Shown here in pieces: positions 61,533-64,000 of a stretch of DNA of 64,000 bases. The stretch's first letter is position 1. Each line of letters begins with the position of its first letter. The stretch is from positions 160,001 to 224,000 of the forward strand of contig CAVUDP010000002.1 in the NCBI GenBank assembly GCA_963740315.1. The letters are read 5' to 3'. Under the pieces are notes generated by a model. The model made no database searches and was not told the DNA's origin. It saw only the letters and a list, made by a program, of their open reading frames with translations. Made by a program: the position numbers and the translations under genes. This DNA comes from an uncultured cyanobacterium (lineage in GTDB: Bacteria > Cyanobacteriota > Cyanobacteriia > Cyanobacteriales > Nostocaceae).

Positions 61533-61745
61533 CTATGCTTCGTCGTAGGCTTCCAAATCCAAAAGGTGGATGTAGGATTCTACTAATTCGGGACGTTGAA
61601 ACGCGATCGCACGTAGTAAATGCCAATCATTCAAACCGTCGAAAGCATTACTGTAGTTATCTTGTTCCAAGCGTGTCGCCAATGTATCCACCTCTTGTTC
61701 GGTCATGGTGGCAATATCGGTTTTAGAAATGGTCAAAGTCTTCAT
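61533..61745 (-). CDS. DUF2555 family small protein
   Basis: LA.RLEQD.Y...F.GL.DWHLLRAIAFQRPELV..Y.HLLD.E.YDE; ATG at 61745. Confidence 0.85.
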   Translation of the reverse strand: MKTLTISKTDIATMTEQEVDTLATRLEQDNYSNAFDGLNDWHLLRAIAFQRPELVESYIHLLDLEAYDEA

Positions 61746-61899
61746 TTTCAAGCCCCTCCCGTAAGTAGCAACACCATCCAGCATGGGTTTAATCGCGCTT
61801 AATGCACTCACCCAATCTATAATACTCATTCATTGACGCGAATTACGTGAATTTTCTTCCGGAAATTCACCGTACTTTGTAAAGCTTTTGTAACCTTAA

Positions 61900-62532
61900 T
61901 TAGGTAAGGTTGCCCAGAACGAAAGTACGTGCGACATCCAGCATTTCAGAACTAATTTGATGTCCTCCACCAAATTCATGATATTCCAGAGAAACTGCTT
62001 GTAATTCTAATGCATCCCGTGCTTTCTGAGCAGCTTGTAAAGGCACAACCTCATCTTGTTTGCCGTGCATAATTAACACTGGCGGTAGAGAATTTGTAGC
62101 TGAGGTTTCAAGATTTTGGATGTCTGGGTGTAAATACCCACTCATACAAATCAAACCTGCCAAGGGTAACTTTAATCCTACATCTAAAGTCATTGCCCCT
62201 CCTTGAGAAAAACCACTTAAAATTGTTTGCTTTAAAGGTATCCCGGTATTACTCTCTAAAGATTGCAAGAAATCAATTAGCAATTTTCGACTTTGTGCTA
62301 ACCCTTCATACATATTATCCCGACTTAGCTCATACCATGCTCTACCTATGGGTGAGTGAGGATGAGGAAAAGGTGCATTAGGCAATACAAAATGATATGC
62401 TGGCAACTGTAAAAAAGGTACTATTGATGCCACATCTTCTGCATTTGCACCCCAACCATGCAAGATAACGATTAATCCTTTTTTATCCTGATTGTTTGGT
62501 GGTACGTCAATAAAATCTAAAGCCTTAGCCAT
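61900..62532 (-). CDS. Phospholipase/carboxylesterase (alpha/beta hydrolase)
   Basis: LHGWG, GRAWY, GFSQGG, HG..D.VVP, GGH. Confidence 0.9.
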   Translation of the reverse strand: MAKALDFIDVPPNNQDKKGLIVILHGWGANAEDVASIVPFLQLPAYHFVLPNAPFPHPHSPIGRAWYELSRDNMYEGLAQSRKLLIDFLQSLESNTGIPLKQTILSGFSQGGAMTLDVGLKLPLAGLICMSGYLHPDIQNLETSATNSLPPVLIMHGKQDEVVPLQAAQKARDALELQAVSLEYHEFGGGHQISSEMLDVARTFVLGNLT

Positions 62533-62767
62533 CAGTCGTCAATTACTTAATAGTAGGGTTGCTCTTAATTATTCATAGCAAAAAACGAGATGCACTATAC
62601 AAATTATGTAGCGAGAAGAAAAAAAAAATTCCCCATTGCCTACTTCTTACTCCCTATTCTCTCAAAATAGCATCTCAAAATCAATTTCGATATTTTTAAG
62701 TGCCAGCTTGGTTCTAAAATATTCTTTTGCCAGCTAATAAATTAAGAATCTAGGAAAGTTACAAATT

Positions 62768-64000
62768 ATGGCGCGTCTAGCACTGCTGAGTGTATCTAAC
62801 AAGACAGGTTTAGTCGAATTTGCTCGAAGTTTACAACAAGAGTTTAACTTTGAATTTATCAGCAGTGGAGGCACCGCAAAAGTTTTACAAGATGCCGGAT
62901 TAACTGTTACTAAAGTCGCCGATTATACGGGTTCGCCGGAAATTTTGGGCGGACGAGTCAAGACTTTACATCCGCGAATTCATGGCGGTATTTTAGCACG
63001 GCGGGATAATTCTCAAGATGTGGCGGATTTACAAGATAATCAAATTCGTCCGATCGATTTGGTGGTTGTAAATCTCTATCCCTTTGAAGAAACTATAGCT
63101 TCATACGGAGTTACTTTACCCGAAGCCATCGAACAAATTGATATCGGTGGTCCGGCAATGTTAAGAGCATCAGCAAAAAACTTTGCTCATCTTACAGTAT
63201 TATGTGACCCGGCGCAGTATGAAGAATATTTACGGGAGTTAGGTCAAAATAAAGGTGAAGCTTCTTTAGAATTTCGTCAGCAAGCTGCTTTAAAAGGATT
63301 TTTGCACACTTGTGAATACGATCGCGCAATTTCATCTTATTTAGGGAATCAAATTTCTCAGAATCAAGAAACTCCACAACAATTCAGCCTTGCCGGAAAA
63401 CAAGTACAATCCCTACGTTACGGCGAAAACCCCCATCAAAGCGCCGCTTGGTATCAAACGGATACTCACGGATGGGCTGCTGCAACAAAGTTACAAGGAA
63501 AGGAACTGAGCTACAACAACTTAGTTGATTTGGAAGCCGCCAGACGGATAATTACAGAGTTTACCGATACCCCCGCCGCCGCAGTTCTCAAACACACCAA
63601 CCCTTGCGGTGTCGCTTTAGGAGATACTTTGGTAGAAGCTTATCAAAAAGCCTTTAATGCCGATTCGATTTCTGCTTTTGGGGGAATTGTCGCTTTAAAT
63701 CAACCAATTGACGCTGCAACTGCAACCGAATTAACAAAGACATTTTTAGAATGCGTAGTTGCACCCGGTTGTGAAGATGATGCAAAGGAAATTATCGCCG
63801 CTAAATCCAAACTGCGCGTATTAATACTGCCAGATTTACAAAGTGGAGCCAAAGTTACGATCAAAGTAATTGCAGGTGGTTTTCTGATGCAAGCAGCCGA
63901 CGATATTTTAACTGACGCGACTAAATTGCAAATAGTCACCGATAAAAAACCCAACCAAAAAGAAATAGAAGAATTACTGTTTGCCTGGAAAGTTTGCAAA
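62768..64000 (+). CDS. purH: Bifunctional AICAR transformylase / IMP cyclohydrolase (runs off window)
   Basis: Not in ORF track. Manual translation MARLALLSVSNKTG...SSGGT...GRVKTLHP...IDIGGP...LRYGENPHQ...KHTNPCG. Confidence 0.95.
   Translation, partial: MARLALLSVSNKTGLVEFARSLQQEFNFEFISSGGTAKVLQDAGLTVTKVADYTGSPEILGGRVKTLHPRIHGGILARRDNSQDVADLQDNQIRPIDLVVVNLYPFEETIASYGVTLPEAIEQIDIGGPAMLRASAKNFAHLTVLCDPAQYEEYLRELGQNKGEASLEFRQQAALKGFLHTCEYDRAISSYLGNQISQNQETPQQFSLAGKQVQSLRYGENPHQSAAWYQTDTHGWAAATKLQGKELSYNNLVDLEAARRIITEFTDTPAAAVLKHTNPCGVALGDTLVEAYQKAFNADSISAFGGIVALNQPIDAATATELTKTFLECVVAPGCEDDAKEIIAAKSKLRVLILPDLQSGAKVTIKVIAGGFLMQAADDILTDATKLQIVTDKKPNQKEIEELLFAWKVCK

Noticed and set aside
63192..63999. 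Minus-strand ORFs at the window end
   Set aside because: Antisense to purH

Overview
64-kb chromosomal window from a cyanobacterium. Frequent HIP1 GCGATCGC, heptamer tandem repeats (STRR) and GTAG-type palindromic repeats point to a filamentous Nostocales/Rivulariaceae-like strain (inference). Housekeeping genes are lnt, gyrA, coaBC and a partial purH. Two multi-gene envelope machines stand out. (1) A candidate chaperone-usher-like pilus locus (about 50.0-59.8 kb): four paralogous secreted pilin-like subunits, a PapD-like chaperone and a 913-aa usher-like protein. Next to it, divergently, lies an HTH-PAS-degenerate-GGDEF protein with an intact RxxD I-site, facing a patterned CCGACT operator-like repeat. 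(2) A chromosomal type IV secretion cluster (VirB2/3/4/5/6/8/8/10/9-like, 32.9-44.7 kb) with no relaxase, coupling protein or integrase in the window, interrupted by a cytokinin-dehydrogenase-like gene. Also present: an EACC1-caspase pair, a repeat-punctuated islet of nuclease-fold genes, a DUF4331-TPR-Ni/Co transporter operon, phosphorus-scavenging enzymes with a Pho box, two TA loci with broken toxins, and many small repeats, one in frame inside lnt. No rRNA, tRNA or CRISPR array was recognised. All family calls are by-eye motif recognition; no searches were run.
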